This document shows, one piece after another, positions 23,584 to 35,788 of a DNA stretch of 64,000 nt. Source of the DNA: Ranitomeya imitator (Eukaryota); the NCBI RefSeq assembly GCF_032444005.1, contig NC_091289.1, positions 16,120,001-16,184,000 of the forward strand, read 5' to 3'. Position 1 is the stretch's first letter. Each line of letters starts with the position of its first letter. The notes below the pieces were generated by a model. The model was not told where the DNA came from and made no database searches. It worked only from the letters and a program-made list of their open reading frames with translations. The position numbers and the translations under genes are program-made.

Positions 23584-24802
23584 CCAGTCATTGGACGTGG
23601 TATATCTCGATTTTTCCAAAGCGTTTGATACCATGCCGCACAAGAGGTTGGTACACAAAATGAGAATGCTTGGTCTGGGGGAAAATGTGTGTAAATGGGT
23701 TAGTAACTGGCTTAGTGATAGAAAGCAGAGGGTGGTTATAAATGGTATAGTCTCTAACTGGGTCGCTGTGACCAGTGGGGTACCGCAGGGGTCAGTATTG
23801 GGACCTGTTCTCTTCAACATATTCATTAATGATCTGGTAGAAGGTTTACACAGTAAAATATCGATATTTGCAGATGATACAAAACTATGTAAAGCAGTTA
23901 ATACAAGAGAAGATAGTATTCTGCTACAGATGGATCTGGATAAGTTGGAAACTTGGGCTGAAAGGTCGCAGATGAGGTTTAACAATGATAAATGTTAGGT
24001 TATACACATGGGAAGAAGGAATCAATGTCACCATTACACACTGAATGGGAAACCACTGGGTAAATCTGACAGGGAGAAGGACTTGGGGATCCTAGTTAAT
24101 GATAAACTTACCTGGAGCAGCCAGTGCCAGGCAGCAGCTGCCAAGGCAAACAGGATCATGGGGTGCATTAAAAGAGGTCTGGATACACATGATGAGAGCA
24201 TTATACTGCCTCTGTACAAATCCCTAGTTAGACCGCACATGGAGTACTGTGTCCAGTTTTGGGCACCGGTGCTCAGGAAGGATATAATGGAACTAGAGAG
24301 AGTACAAAGGAGGGCAACAAAATTAATAAAGGGGATGGGAGAACTACAATACCCAGATAGATTAGCGAAATTAGGATTATTTAGTCTAGAAAAAAGACGA
24401 CTGAGGGGCGATCTAATAACCATGTATAAGTATATAAGGGGACAATACAAATATCTCGCTGAGGATCTGTTTATACCAAGGAAGGTGACGGGCACAAGGG
24501 GGCATTCTTTGCGTCTGGAGGAGAGAAGGTTTTTCCACCAACATAGAAGAGGATTCTTTACAGTTAGGGCAGTGAGAATCTGGAATTGCTTGCCTGAGGA
24601 GGTGGTGATGGCGAACTCAGTCGAGGGGTTCAAGAGAGGCCTGGATGTCTTCCTGGAGCAGAACAATATTGTATCATACAATTATTAGGTTCTGTAGAAG
24701 GACGTAGATCTGGGGATTTATTATAATGGAATATAGGCTGAACTGGATGGACAAATGTCTTTTTTCGGCCTTACTAACTATGTTACTATGTTACTATGTT
24801 AC
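23584..24802 (+). mobile_element. 5'-truncated CR1 LINE, young: C-terminal half of ORF2 reverse transcriptase plus 3' UTR
   Basis: YLDFSKAFD...[11 protein letters not shown]...FADDTKL...CVQFW...RRLRGDLI, interrupted only by one TAG at 23996-23998 (frame preserved). Ends in (TGTTACTA)n at 24771-24802. Confidence 0.95.
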
Positions 24803-27800
24803 CACATATATGGCTGCTCTGTGCGCACAGGACCTGTGATGAGGTCACAGGAGGGGAGGAGTCGGAGTCAGCAGCATTTAAAGGGTTAAAGAGCGGTCGG
24901 AGCTGCCGTTAGCGGCGGATGCCCTCTGTTTATCACAGCCGACACCCGTTGTGTGTGCGTGCTCAGCTCCTGAGCCTACGCCACACTCATGCACCCAGGG
25001 GTGCTGCTATCATGAAGCAAGTTGAATACTTTGCCTCAGGCGGCAGAGCATCCTTAAAGACAGGGGGCGGCAGAGCGGCAGTCAGAACACGTGGTGCCAA
25101 CTCTCCCTGTAATCCCTGCTCTGACACTTGGTGACAGTGCAGTGTCACAACAACCTAATGTGCGGCGTGCCCGGCAGGTGACTGTTACTTACCCGGGCTG
25201 AGGTGCAGAGGTGCCCAGTCTCCTGACCTGCTGGGACACACACATTGCTGGGAGTCGGACTTGTACTGATTTTACTACGTGTGGGAAGGCACCGTTTTGC
25301 AGTTCACCTCAGGCAGCAGAGAGGCTAGGTTCACCCCTGCATGCACCTGACATAGGATGTGCTATTACGTCCTATGTCGGGAATGGCTTAATGTAGTGCG
25401 TCCCGTAGAACACGCCCTGCTGATAGGAGTGACAGTAACAGCCCGATATAATAGTAACGGTCCATTTCCAGGAGGAACAATAGAGGTAAGGCACCATGGA
25501 GACTTCTGAGAACTAAATATGACAGCTCTGTAATTACATGCAGTTATTTACTGCTGCAGACATAGACGGCTCCTCTTTAAATGTTGTATCTAAGCCTTTG
25601 TTTTAGGATGAAACGCACACCCTATATATAAAGTTCTCTGAAGTAGACGCGACAATCACCAACTCATCATTTATATGGAGGGAAATTCCTCCGCCCTCTG
25701 TGTAACATTTTCTTTATTACACCTCAATATATTTTACACATGTCTGAGACTTCTCAGGGCCATACAGACAGGATATAACAATGCACATAGGCCCTAACAG
25801 CCACAGTCCCCCTAGTAACCAAGACTAGTCCTGTTCTTGGTGCCCATAGCAACCAATCAGAACACAGCTTTCATTTTTCCAGGGCAGATTATGAAATAAA
25901 AGCTGTGCTTTGATTGGTTGCTATGGGCAACGAGGCCTTTACCAAGCAAAATCCTCTAAATACTGCTACAGGTTGCAGCCGTTTGGGTATAGGGCCGGTG
26001 TTCGGCCTACTAAACACTTTTACATTTGTGCCAAAAACTCTGGAAAGTAAAGGGAATATCCCTGTGACAAGCTGCACAGGTGTAATGGCCCCCACTTCCA
26101 GGTGCCATATATAATCCTAATGTCTTGTTATGCGGCAGAGGGGATGTTGGGCCCCTTCTGGCACCGCTGCTATGGTGCAGCTGTACCCATTTTAGCTTAG
26201 TTGAAATGGCAGCCATTTTTCGGCATGTTTTTGACGCCACTTTGTTTATGAGGTGTTTTTTCTGCTTCGATTTATTCAGCAGTCATATTTGGAAGTCTCA
26301 AGGATTGATATCCTAATTGTGGGGGAAAAAAATGGGTGGGGGGGAAATAGCACCATGTGCACCATAGGCCGCGCTACACAGCTGAAATCAGCAAGAAGTT
26401 TATTACAAGAATATTTGAAGTAGATTTTCATTTGGATTTTGAAGCAGAATTCGCTCCAAAATCCACATAAAAAAACCTCACTTCAAATACTCTTGAAATA
26501 AGCATCACTTAATGGGTAAACGCGCATATAATGCGCACGGTGATGTTTTCCCACGTGGAAAAAGAAGCAACACGTCAATTCTTCAGGTGTTTTGGATTGA
26601 GGAAATGCTCCGTATTTGACTAATGAATCAATAGAAGCAGTAAAGGAAAACGCAAGTGAGCAATGATTAATGAACAGGGCCGTTCAGAGGAGAGCATTTT
26701 CATGCAGACACAGAAAGTTGCAGCGTGCGCTCGTCTTCTGTCCATTCAAGTCTATAGGTGCAGTAAAACATAATGTACATCCATGCTATATCCGATTTTT
26801 ACGGATACGTTGTCACTATTAATATACGAAACTGTTTTTGATCGTGTCCATTTTTTAACTATTGATTTATAAAAATGGATGCAATACGGATGTCAAAAAT
26901 GGACACATGGATGGAATACGGGTGAAAATCGGCCATTTTATCTGAATGAAAATAAGACGATTTTTCGTACACTCGCCTAAACCCAGCGTGGACGACCCAA
27001 GTTCACATCTTCATTGGGATAAGCCGAGCCATACTGATCAGCTGCTATGAGGTATTAGGCTATCAGCCGAGCCCTTGGATATTGGCCTTATACGTCCAGA
27101 GAAGTTTACATGTCAGAAGCCCCTCCAGACATTGGACACTGCTCTCAACAAAAAGGTAATAGCGGAACGTCTTGTTTTTAGACCCCCCCTCCCCCGCGTA
27201 ATTCTACATTTTGTGGTAGCATATGCCGTACAGTCATACATAATAATCTCTGTGCAAAACCAGATATATAATATGTCACAAAAATAATAAGCAAATGCGC
27301 TACATATAATGAATAGAACTGATATCTGGCTACTTATTTATCTGTCTAAATTAACAAATAAATTCCATGGTCAGTAACCTGCAGCATTCCAGCTGTTGCA
27401 AAACTACAAATCCCAGCATGCTGGCAGCTCTCTGCTGTATAGATTCTATATAAAAAAAATCTATCAACAGTATCAACAGTATAGCACATCTATNNNNNNN
27501 NNNNNNNNNNNNNNNNNNNNNNNNNNNNNNNNNNNNNNNNNNNNNNNNNNNNNNNNNNNNNNNNNNNNNNNNNNNNNNNNNNNNNNNNNNNNNNNNNNNN
27601 NNNNNNNNNNNNNNNNNNNNNNNNNNNNNNNNNNNNNNNNNNNNNNNNGGTAAGACCCAGATAGATAGCTTTGTTTTTTTTTTTTTTTTGTTTTTTTTAT
27701 AGAATCTTATTTATCTATAAAGCAGGGTCTGACCAGCATGCTGGGAGTTGTAGTTTTATAACAGGTGGACTACGGCAGGTTGTAAAACAACTTGTTGACT

Positions 27801-27891
27801 AAAGGAATCGTGTATGGATAGACAGATTAGATAGATAATAGATGGATCATAGAAAGATAGATAACACATAAATAGATAATAGATAACGTAA

Positions 27892-28084
27892 GGCTGCCGT
27901 CACACTATCAGTATTCGGTCAGTATTTTACATCAGTATTTGTAGCCAAAACCAGGAGTGGAACAATTAGAGGAAAAGTATAATAGAAACATATGCATCAC
28001 TTCTGCATTTATCACCCACTCCTGGTTTTGGCTACAAATACTGATGTAAAATACTGACCAAATACTGCTAGTGTGACGGCAGCC
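27892..28084. mobile_element. PIF/Harbinger-type MITE (near-identical inverted copy at 41088-41279)
   Basis: TAA|GGCTGCCGTCACACTATCAG ... GCTAGTGTGACGGCAGCC|TGA. Confidence 0.75.
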
Positions 28085-28532
28085 TGATAAATAGATAGAT
28101 GATAGATAATAGATATGAGATAGATAGATAATAGATAGATAATAGATATGAGANNNNNNNNNNNNNNNNNNNNNNNNNNNNNNNNNNNNNNNNNNNNNNN
28201 NNNNNNNNNNNNNNNNNNNNNNNNNNNNNNNNNNNNNNNNNNNNNNNNNNNNNNNNNNNNNNNNNNNNNNNNNNNNNNNNNNNNNNNNNNNNNNNNNNNN
28301 NNATGTGATATAGTACAGATAAATACTGCAGCTAGATACATAGATTGATAACTACATACATATGAGGACAGACATGATATACTTTAGATCACGTTTTATT
28401 TTTATAAACTATTTATCTATAGTATTTTACATCTATCCACATTATCTATCTGCACTATATCACATCCGTCTTGGCATCTATCTATCAACACATACTCAGA
28501 CATTCCAAAAAGTTAACAACAACAATTCTTAC

Positions 28533-28679
28533 AAAGTTGGCGGAGACATCTTTCCCAAAAATTTCGACTCCACTTTCCTCCTCGGAGCAAGAATCCTGCC
28601 CTCGGCTGACGTTTAGGAGTAGTAGTCCCAGGGTGAGGAAGACAAGCGAAAGCCAATTCCTTGATCCCAGACTCCCCAT
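28533..28679 (-). CDS. IL17RE: First coding exon of the IL-17 receptor gene: signal peptide MGSLGSRNWLSLVFLTLGLLLLNVSRG-QDSCSEEESGVEIFGKDVSANF
   Basis: ATG with an in-frame TGA 7 codons upstream, a hydrophobic signal-peptide core, and donor TTT|GTAAGA in phase 0. Lies in a GC/CpG-rich island, in the same orientation as JAGN1 as in human 3p25.3. Confidence 0.78.
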
Positions 28680-29105
28680 GGATTCCGGTGGTTTAGCTCA
28701 TTGCGGACTGCGGCTATCCCACCTGGACACAGCGCTCAGGCCCCATAATGTGGGAGCAGCTTAGTGCCCCCTGACGCCTCGGTGTACCCTGTGTGTCCTC
28801 CCTGCAGGCGGCCTCAGTCAGTGGCATGGTGCAGCCGGCCCAGCCACATTTTTGAGTTTGTCACCTTTCTACATCGCTGTCACCACCCTGTGGAGCTGCG
28901 TTTGCTCCTCCTCGGGCTTCTACACCTCCCTCCTGGTACTGAGCTCTTCCACCCACTTCTGCCTGCGTTACGTGTTTTGCACAATACTTTCCTGGCAGCC
29001 GGCCGCTCCCAGAGATGAGCGTTACCTGCTGCCTGTGGCCGCGCTGCCCCCCTAGCTCCATAGGGCATCTGCACAGGCGACAGCCACTCCATCACTTATC
29101 CCAGG

Positions 29106-29276
29106 CAGCTCATGGACCCCAATGCAAAGGTTCCAGCGGGGCCCCAATTATTGCAAGTCTTTAATAGCATTAGTCTTTTTATATAAGCCAAAGGGACTTT
29201 TTGGGCCCCCCTGGCAATAGAGCACTGGAGCCCTGGTGTGATTGCAACCTCTGCACCTATTGTAGTTACACCCCTG
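29106..29276. mobile_element. Internally deleted hAT MITE at the edge of the IL17R promoter
   Basis: Flanked by the direct repeat ATCCCAGG (29098-29105 and 29277-29284). Right end GTTACACCCCTG is intact; left end is reduced to CAG. Confidence 0.7.
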
Positions 29277-32182
29277 ATCCCAGGCCCCCCAAAGTCTTCT
29301 GGTATTAAACTAGCTAAGAGCTTATTATGCAAGAGATATGTATAAAAAAAGAGGAAATGACCCTTGAAAGGGTAAAAAAGTGGCTTCTTTTTTACAGAAC
29401 CAGCGCCACCTCTGTCCGTAGGTTGTGTGTGGCATTGCACTCCAGCTCTATTAAAGTATGTGGTGCAATACCACAAACAACCTGTTCACAAGAGTGGCGC
29501 TGTGGTTTTCTTTTGTTTGTTTTGTTAAGTAGTCATCTTTTTCTAATCCATGTACATCACACCCCGGGTGCTGGTGTATGGAGCAGCATATATTCGACCC
29601 ACTCCCCTTTTTGTAAAATTTAAAAATAAAGAAATTTAAAAAATTCAATTAAAAATTGAACACTCCCCTATAGCTCCTCCGAAGGAGAGATGTAGAATTA
29701 CACAATTTCCAGTAAAATCAATGTAAAGCTTGGACATGTTGGGTTCTCCATAGAGCGTGATGGGAGAGCAAGCGAATGGCAACTGAGGAGAAATCCCAGA
29801 ATTTACAGTCTCCTGCAGTCATCCCATGATGGCTCCTACCCTGGTAGATGTACGGTGAGCAGATGATTAGGTAGATGATCGTGAGGAGAAGAAGCGTTAG
29901 ACATTATTTAGTGCTTACCTATAGCGCCGTATGTGCATCACTACAGGAACTCTGAGCATTGGCCCCACCGTTATTATTATAGGGGGGGGGAAGATTCTTT
30001 ACAACAGTCCCAGAAATGATGTCAGCAATGACCGTAATGTAGTGACCCCAAAGCCAACGTTGTGATGTATTCACTCTAGAAGGGGTAAGAGCCGGTACAC
30101 AGCTAGCACTGCATGACATAACAATGATACGTTGTGTATAGCAAAACGTTATATACGCTTCCAATATACTAGAGAGATTGNNNNNNNNNNNNNNNNNNNN
30201 NNNNNNNNNNNNNNNNNNNNNNNNNNNNNNNNNNNNNNNNNNNNNNNNNNNNNNNNNNNNNNNNNNNNNNNNNNNNNNNNNNNNNNNNNNNNNNNNNNNN
30301 NNNNNNNNNNNNNNNNNNNNNNNNNNNNNNNNNNNNNNNNNNNNNNNNNNNNNNNNNNNNNNNNNNNNNNNNNNNNNNNNNNNNNNNNNNNNNNTAGAGG
30401 GATAATAGATGGATGATAGATAATAGTTATATAATAGATAGATAATTGATAGATATATAACAGATTAATAGATAATAGATAGATGATAGATAGATAGATA
30501 GATAGTAGATAGTTAATAGATAGATGATAGTTGGATAGNNNNNNNNNNNNNNNNNNNNNNNNNNNNNNNNNNNNNNNNNNNNNNNNNNNNNNNNNNNNNN
30601 NNNNNNNNNNNNNNNNNNNNNNNNNNNNNNNNNNNNNNNNNNNNNNNNNNNNNNNNNNNNNNNNNNNNNNNNNNNNNNNNNNNNNNNNNNNNNNNNNNNN
30701 NNNNNNNNNNNNAGANNNNNNNNNNNNNNNNNNNNNNNNNNNNNNNNNNNNNNNNNNNNNNNNNNNNNNNNNNNNNNNNNNNNNNNNNNNNNNNNNNNNN
30801 NNNNNNNNNNNNNNNNNNNNNNNNNNNNNNNNNNNNNNNNNNNNNNNNNNATTCTCCTGTATCAGATGAGTTGCATGCTGTCCTCGTCTCGTCCCCCCGA
30901 TGTGCAGTCTTTGCCCTTTCACCCCAATAGGGTCCCCAGCATCTTTGGTGGTTTGGGGTGGAGCGTGTCTGAGTATTTCGGTGAGAGTGAAGCTTCTGAG
31001 ATCAACTTGGAATGAAAATGTATTTGGATAATTCCTTCTGTCGTAAACATAATGGATTCTGTGTTTGTCAGGACAGGAAATCTCATCTTTGGGGAAAAAA
31101 AAGCATTAAAAATAAGATGGCTTTGAAGGCGCATTCCTCCCACGGCTGACTTTCCGCCTACGCGTTACTTACCTTCTGCTGGTCCAGACATGACCTTTCC
31201 ATCACGTTTAGTGAGAAGTGTAAGACGGTGCTCTGCAACCTGTGAATCTTCAGCTAATGCAAAACTACAACTCCCAGCATGCCCTGACAGCCGCAGGCTG
31301 TAATCAGACGCTCTGTAGAAATGGATCCGTCATTTTCCATCAGCTGTTTTACAATGAAATGTCAAAAGTGTCTATTTAAGGTTCTATTGCACAAATGATT
31401 CTCCATTCACCTCTTTGCTATTTTTTGTGCAGTGCGGGCGAATTATACAAGGAAAATCATTTACGTCTGTGACCGAGCGGGACGTCTGAGCCCAGATAAT
31501 ATTTCCGGGGCCATAAATAAAACCATGGAGCCATTCTCCAACATTAGAAATGACAAAAATGTCAGGTAAGAGGAAGAAGCGTAAATACAATTATAGAGAA
31601 AACCCTCATTATTGACTTCAAGTTTTAGAGGCGAAAATTCCTCCAATCAGCACCTTAGAAGTCAAGAAAAACACAACTGAAGGGGGTAAGTGCCTAATAT
31701 ATATCTAAGCGGGGGCGTACACTAAGTGGGGGAGGGACCTATAGGAACAATGAAAGTTATCTCCACCTTTTAAAGGGCTACTCTATCTGTTAGAAAGGTG
31801 CCGTCGGGGGGGTGGTACCAGCACTCGGTGATCCCAGGCAAGTGCCAGGATCCACTGCACCCGGGGGTCCTACTTGGCCCTATGCCTGCTACATATATGG
31901 AGTGGATTTAGGAGCTGAAGCTGTTCCTTAAGATGCAGGTGCCGGCTGTGTTGTACAGATGGCACCAAGTCAAACTACTGCATTCAGATGTCACTCAGCT
32001 TACAGCAGCTTAACCCTTTAGATGCAGCTTTAATTGTGACAGTGACGTTTAAGGGGTTGGAAAGGGCATGTTTATAGTATTATCCTGGCAGCCAAGGGCC
32101 TACTGAAGGGCCCCCTTGTCTGCCATGTTTGTACACTTATGACACCCAGTTTGGGAGTTTCAGTATTATGATCAGTTAACAG

Positions 32183-32813
32183 TAGGGATGGGCAAACTGG
32201 AACGGTAAAGTTCTGGGTTGGTACCAGACACCTAGTGCCCGGTACTGAACACCGAACATGGACTTCTAAACAGAAGTTTAGAAAAACTGTGGGTTCTTGC
32301 GCTGTCACACAGAGGACAGTGAGTGGACTAGCGGCTGTGACCGGCGGTGACATCAGTAAGCTTACCGCCGGTCAGAGAAGCTGTTTCCCATGCTGTCACA
32401 CAGAGGACAGTGAGTAAACCAGCGGCTGTGACCGGCGGTGACGTCAGTAAGGTTACCGCCGGTCAGAGAAGCTGTTTCCCACGCTGTCACACAGAAGACA
32501 GTGAGTAAACTAGCGACTGTGACCGGCGGTGACGTTAGTAAGGTTACCGCCGGTCAGAGAAGCTGTTTCCCACGATTTCACACAGAGGACAGTGAGTAAA
32601 CTAGCGGCCGTGACCACCGGCGGTAATGTCAGTAAGGTTACCGCTGGTCAGAGACGCTGTTTCCCACGCTGTTACACAGAGGACCACGTGGGAACCGTCG
32701 ACTATTCGGGCCCCCTATTGACTTGAATGGAGTTCGGGATCAAGTTTGGGTACTGTTCTGGCACCCGAACCTAACTTGTTGGACCCGAACATCCACGTGT
32801 CCGCTCATCCCAA
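32183..32813. mobile_element. Non-autonomous hAT-like element with internal 90-bp tandem repeats (about 4.4 copies, 32300-32690)
   Basis: Termini TAGGGATGGGC and GCTCATCCCAA; flanks GTTAACAG and GTTAACGT form an imperfect 8-bp TSD. Confidence 0.7.
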
Positions 32814-34086
32814 GTTAACGTCAGCATTCTGTGGTTATTCTTCATAGGAGAATGATCATTTTTTAATACACTGCAATATTACAGTATTGCAGTGTATTTT
32901 TACAAATGATCGATGGATCAGGTCCCAAGAAGGACTAAAAAAATGTTTAAAAAAAACAACAATGAAAAATAGTTTAAAAAAATGAAAAAATGTATAAAAG
33001 TTCACATCACCCTACTTTTCCCAAAATGTTATTAAAATCTAAAAAAAAAATATATAAACACAAATATTTGGTAACAGCCCAAACTGATAAAATATAATAA
33101 TATTTATATAAAGGAAGGGACAAACCAAAAAATCGAAATGGCAGAACTGACATTTCTTGGTCACTTCATTTTCTCAAAAAAAAAGTTGCACGGACGCTAA
33201 ATTGGCAATGAGAAAAAACTACCGGATGTAAAAAAAAAAAAAAAAAAAAAAAAAAACCTCCATTGACCAAAAATGAAGAAAAGCTATACCTTTTTGATAG
33301 CAAGAAAAATTAAAACAATCTGGGAAAATTCAGGACAGTTTTCATGTATGTTTGAGTGGCAGACCACCCGGCCGCACACCAGTGAGAGCCCCACCGCCAG
33401 CTGTAAGGATATACTATGTCAGGAGGTCGCACTCTCCGTAATTCATGAATCATTTCTCAATCTTCATCTTGGGGTTTCGGGGCCCTTCACCCCAGGACGT
33501 TGTTTTCCATCGCCAGTCATCTAGAGATACCAGATTGGTGTACAGACACCCACATTGATTTATGTGGCGATGGCAGCTTCACATGAAAAAAATCCCACCT
33601 TTGCCACGGTTTCGCCCACACACCAGACTTACGAGGTGCAGCAGTACAAGTGTTTTCCGCAAACCTCCCCGAAATTAAATAATGAGAAAAATAGTCACCG
33701 TCATAGAGAGCGAAACAAATGTAGTCTCAAGGCTCCGTACAGAAAACTGTATTTTCTAACAAGTGTTTTAAGTAGATTCTTCATTCTTAAAGAGAATGTG
33801 TCACCAGGAAATAGCCCAATTTTCAAATGAGATTTTTAGGTGATTTTTTTTACTTTTTATTTTTTTTAATTTTTTTAATTTTTTTTTCGTATCACTATCT
33901 ATAAAAACAGTCAATAAATAAAAGATCTTAATTGTAATTTTCGCAGTGGCCGCTATGCTTAATATTGGAATCCTATTTCCTCTTTTTCACATGGACATTA
34001 CCAGCAATGCTGACCCACTAAGACACTATTTGTTTGCATTGAAGCATTATCTAAGCATGCTCTAATCCGGGCAAAGGTGCTTGTGA

Positions 34087-34870
34087 ATGGAGGAGGAGGT
34101 GAGCTATGACATCACCTATTGTGAATGGTGGATCCTGTGTTATCTACTGTATATAGAGGTGTTATCAGTCATTGTACAGGAGGAGGAGGTGAGCTGTGAC
34201 ATCACCTATTGTGAATGGTGGATCCTGTGTTATCTACTGTATATAGAGGGGTTATCAGTCATTGTACAGGAGGAGGAGGTGAGTTGTGATATCACCTATT
34301 GCGAATGGTGGATCCTGTGTTATTACTGTATATAGAGGTGTTATCAGTCATTGTACAGGAGGAGGAGGTGAGCTGTGACATCACCTATTGTGAATGGTGG
34401 ATCCTGTGTTATCTACTGTATACAGAGGTGTTATCAGTCATTGTACAGGAGGGGGAGGAGGTGAGCTGTAACATCACCTATTGTGAATGGTGGATCCTGT
34501 GTTATCTACTGTATATAGAGGTGTTATCAGTCATTGTACAGGAGGGGGAGGTGAGCTGTAACATCACCTATTGTGAATGGTGGATCCTGTGTAATCTACT
34601 GTATATAAAGGTGTTATCAGTCATTGTACAGGAGGAGGAGGTGAGCTGTAACATCACCTATTGTGAATGGTGGATCCTGTGTTATCTACTGTATATAGAG
34701 GTGTTATCAGTCATTGTACGGGAGGAGGAGGTGAGCTGTGACATCACCTATTGTGAATGGTGGATCCTGTGTAATCTACTGTATATAGAGGTGTTACCAG
34801 TCATTGTACAGGAGGAGGACGAGGTGAGCTGTGATATCCCCTATTGTGAATGGTGGATCCTGTGTTATCT
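34087..34870. repeat. 90-bp tandem repeat, about 8.7 copies (89- and 93-bp variants)
   Basis: Unit GAGGAGGAGGTGAGCTGTGACATCACCTATTGTGAATGGTGGATCCTGTGTTATCTACTGTATATAGAGGTGTTATCAGTCATTGTACAG. Confidence 0.95.
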
Positions 34871-35788
34871 ACTATTTAGCACTAGATAGTGGTTAATATT
34901 TAGGCACTTCATAATACTATGATCTGGATGATGTATGATGGTACTATGTAAGTATTGCATAGCGATATTATTTTGATAATGTATGGCGGTATTTTGTCCA
35001 CTTTTGACAGACACTATTTGAGCACTACATAGAGGATAATATACTAGACAAACCTTAGCAGTATTATTTGGATGTTGTATGGTGGTACTATGTGAGCACA
35101 GTGTAGTGGTGGTATTATTTTTTAAGTATGTTGCAATATTATTTAAGCTCTCCTATGTGTGTGACTGAGATTATATTGTGACCCCATTGGGGACATAGAC
35201 TTATGCACGTAAATATCATGTAGAATTCTGCCAAAAGTAAAGAGTTAATCACTCACACCCGTATATGTGTCATCGGTGGAGGAACTTTTCTAGCTGTGTG
35301 AAACGAGGACATGGTTGTTCTTCTGGTTTCCTGTGTGCTGAAAAGAACGGGGTCTAAGAGATTATGGAAAATCATAGTAATGAAGACGATGACCGGTAAC
35401 AGAATATCTATGATCCATGTATCTATCCCACATACACAAGTGTTGCAATGCCACGAGGCATAAGAGATGGGGGTCTGCGGGTCAGGACGTCGGGCCTGTA
35501 CCATCATAGGTTTACATTCTTATACATTATTTGTGAGATGCCTGAGACATCATTCTTAAAATATCTCACAGCTGCTGATAAATGTCTCTGACGACTGTAG
35601 TGAATGACACACCAACGTCTCACCGACTCTGACCCGGCTCCATGTGCTTCACTGAGGAACATGAATCCTTATGCTGCTCATTATATCTCCCAGCCTTATG
35701 TCTCTCTTCCACCTCCATAGGCCTATACTTCCATCATTTGGCTTCTTTACACCACGATCATCTCTCCTCTTAAAACTGTGTTCACATA

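Larger units (their letters stand above)
27494..30850. other. Assembly gaps or masked runs of N (27494-27648, 28154-28302, 30181-30394, 30539-30712, 30716-30850), all next to GATA/TCTA microsatellite
   Basis: N runs are seen directly and are flanked by TAGA repeats. Confidence 0.95.

Noticed and set aside
23341-24681. 214-aa and 215-aa minus-strand ORFs
   Set aside because: Antisense shadows of the CR1 ORF2.
28808-29055. Hydrophobic plus-strand ORF in the IL17R promoter island
   Set aside because: Most simply the antisense of the purine-rich IL17R leader; no donor or homology support.
31461-31540. MAPEIL, resembling kinase subdomain VIII
   Set aside because: Isolated hexapeptide with no HRD, DFG or other kinase motifs nearby.
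34087-34889. 196-aa Trp/Cys-rich repeat ORF
   Set aside because: The 90-bp unit is a multiple of 3; the frame is broken by an 89-bp unit; it is a plain tandem repeat.
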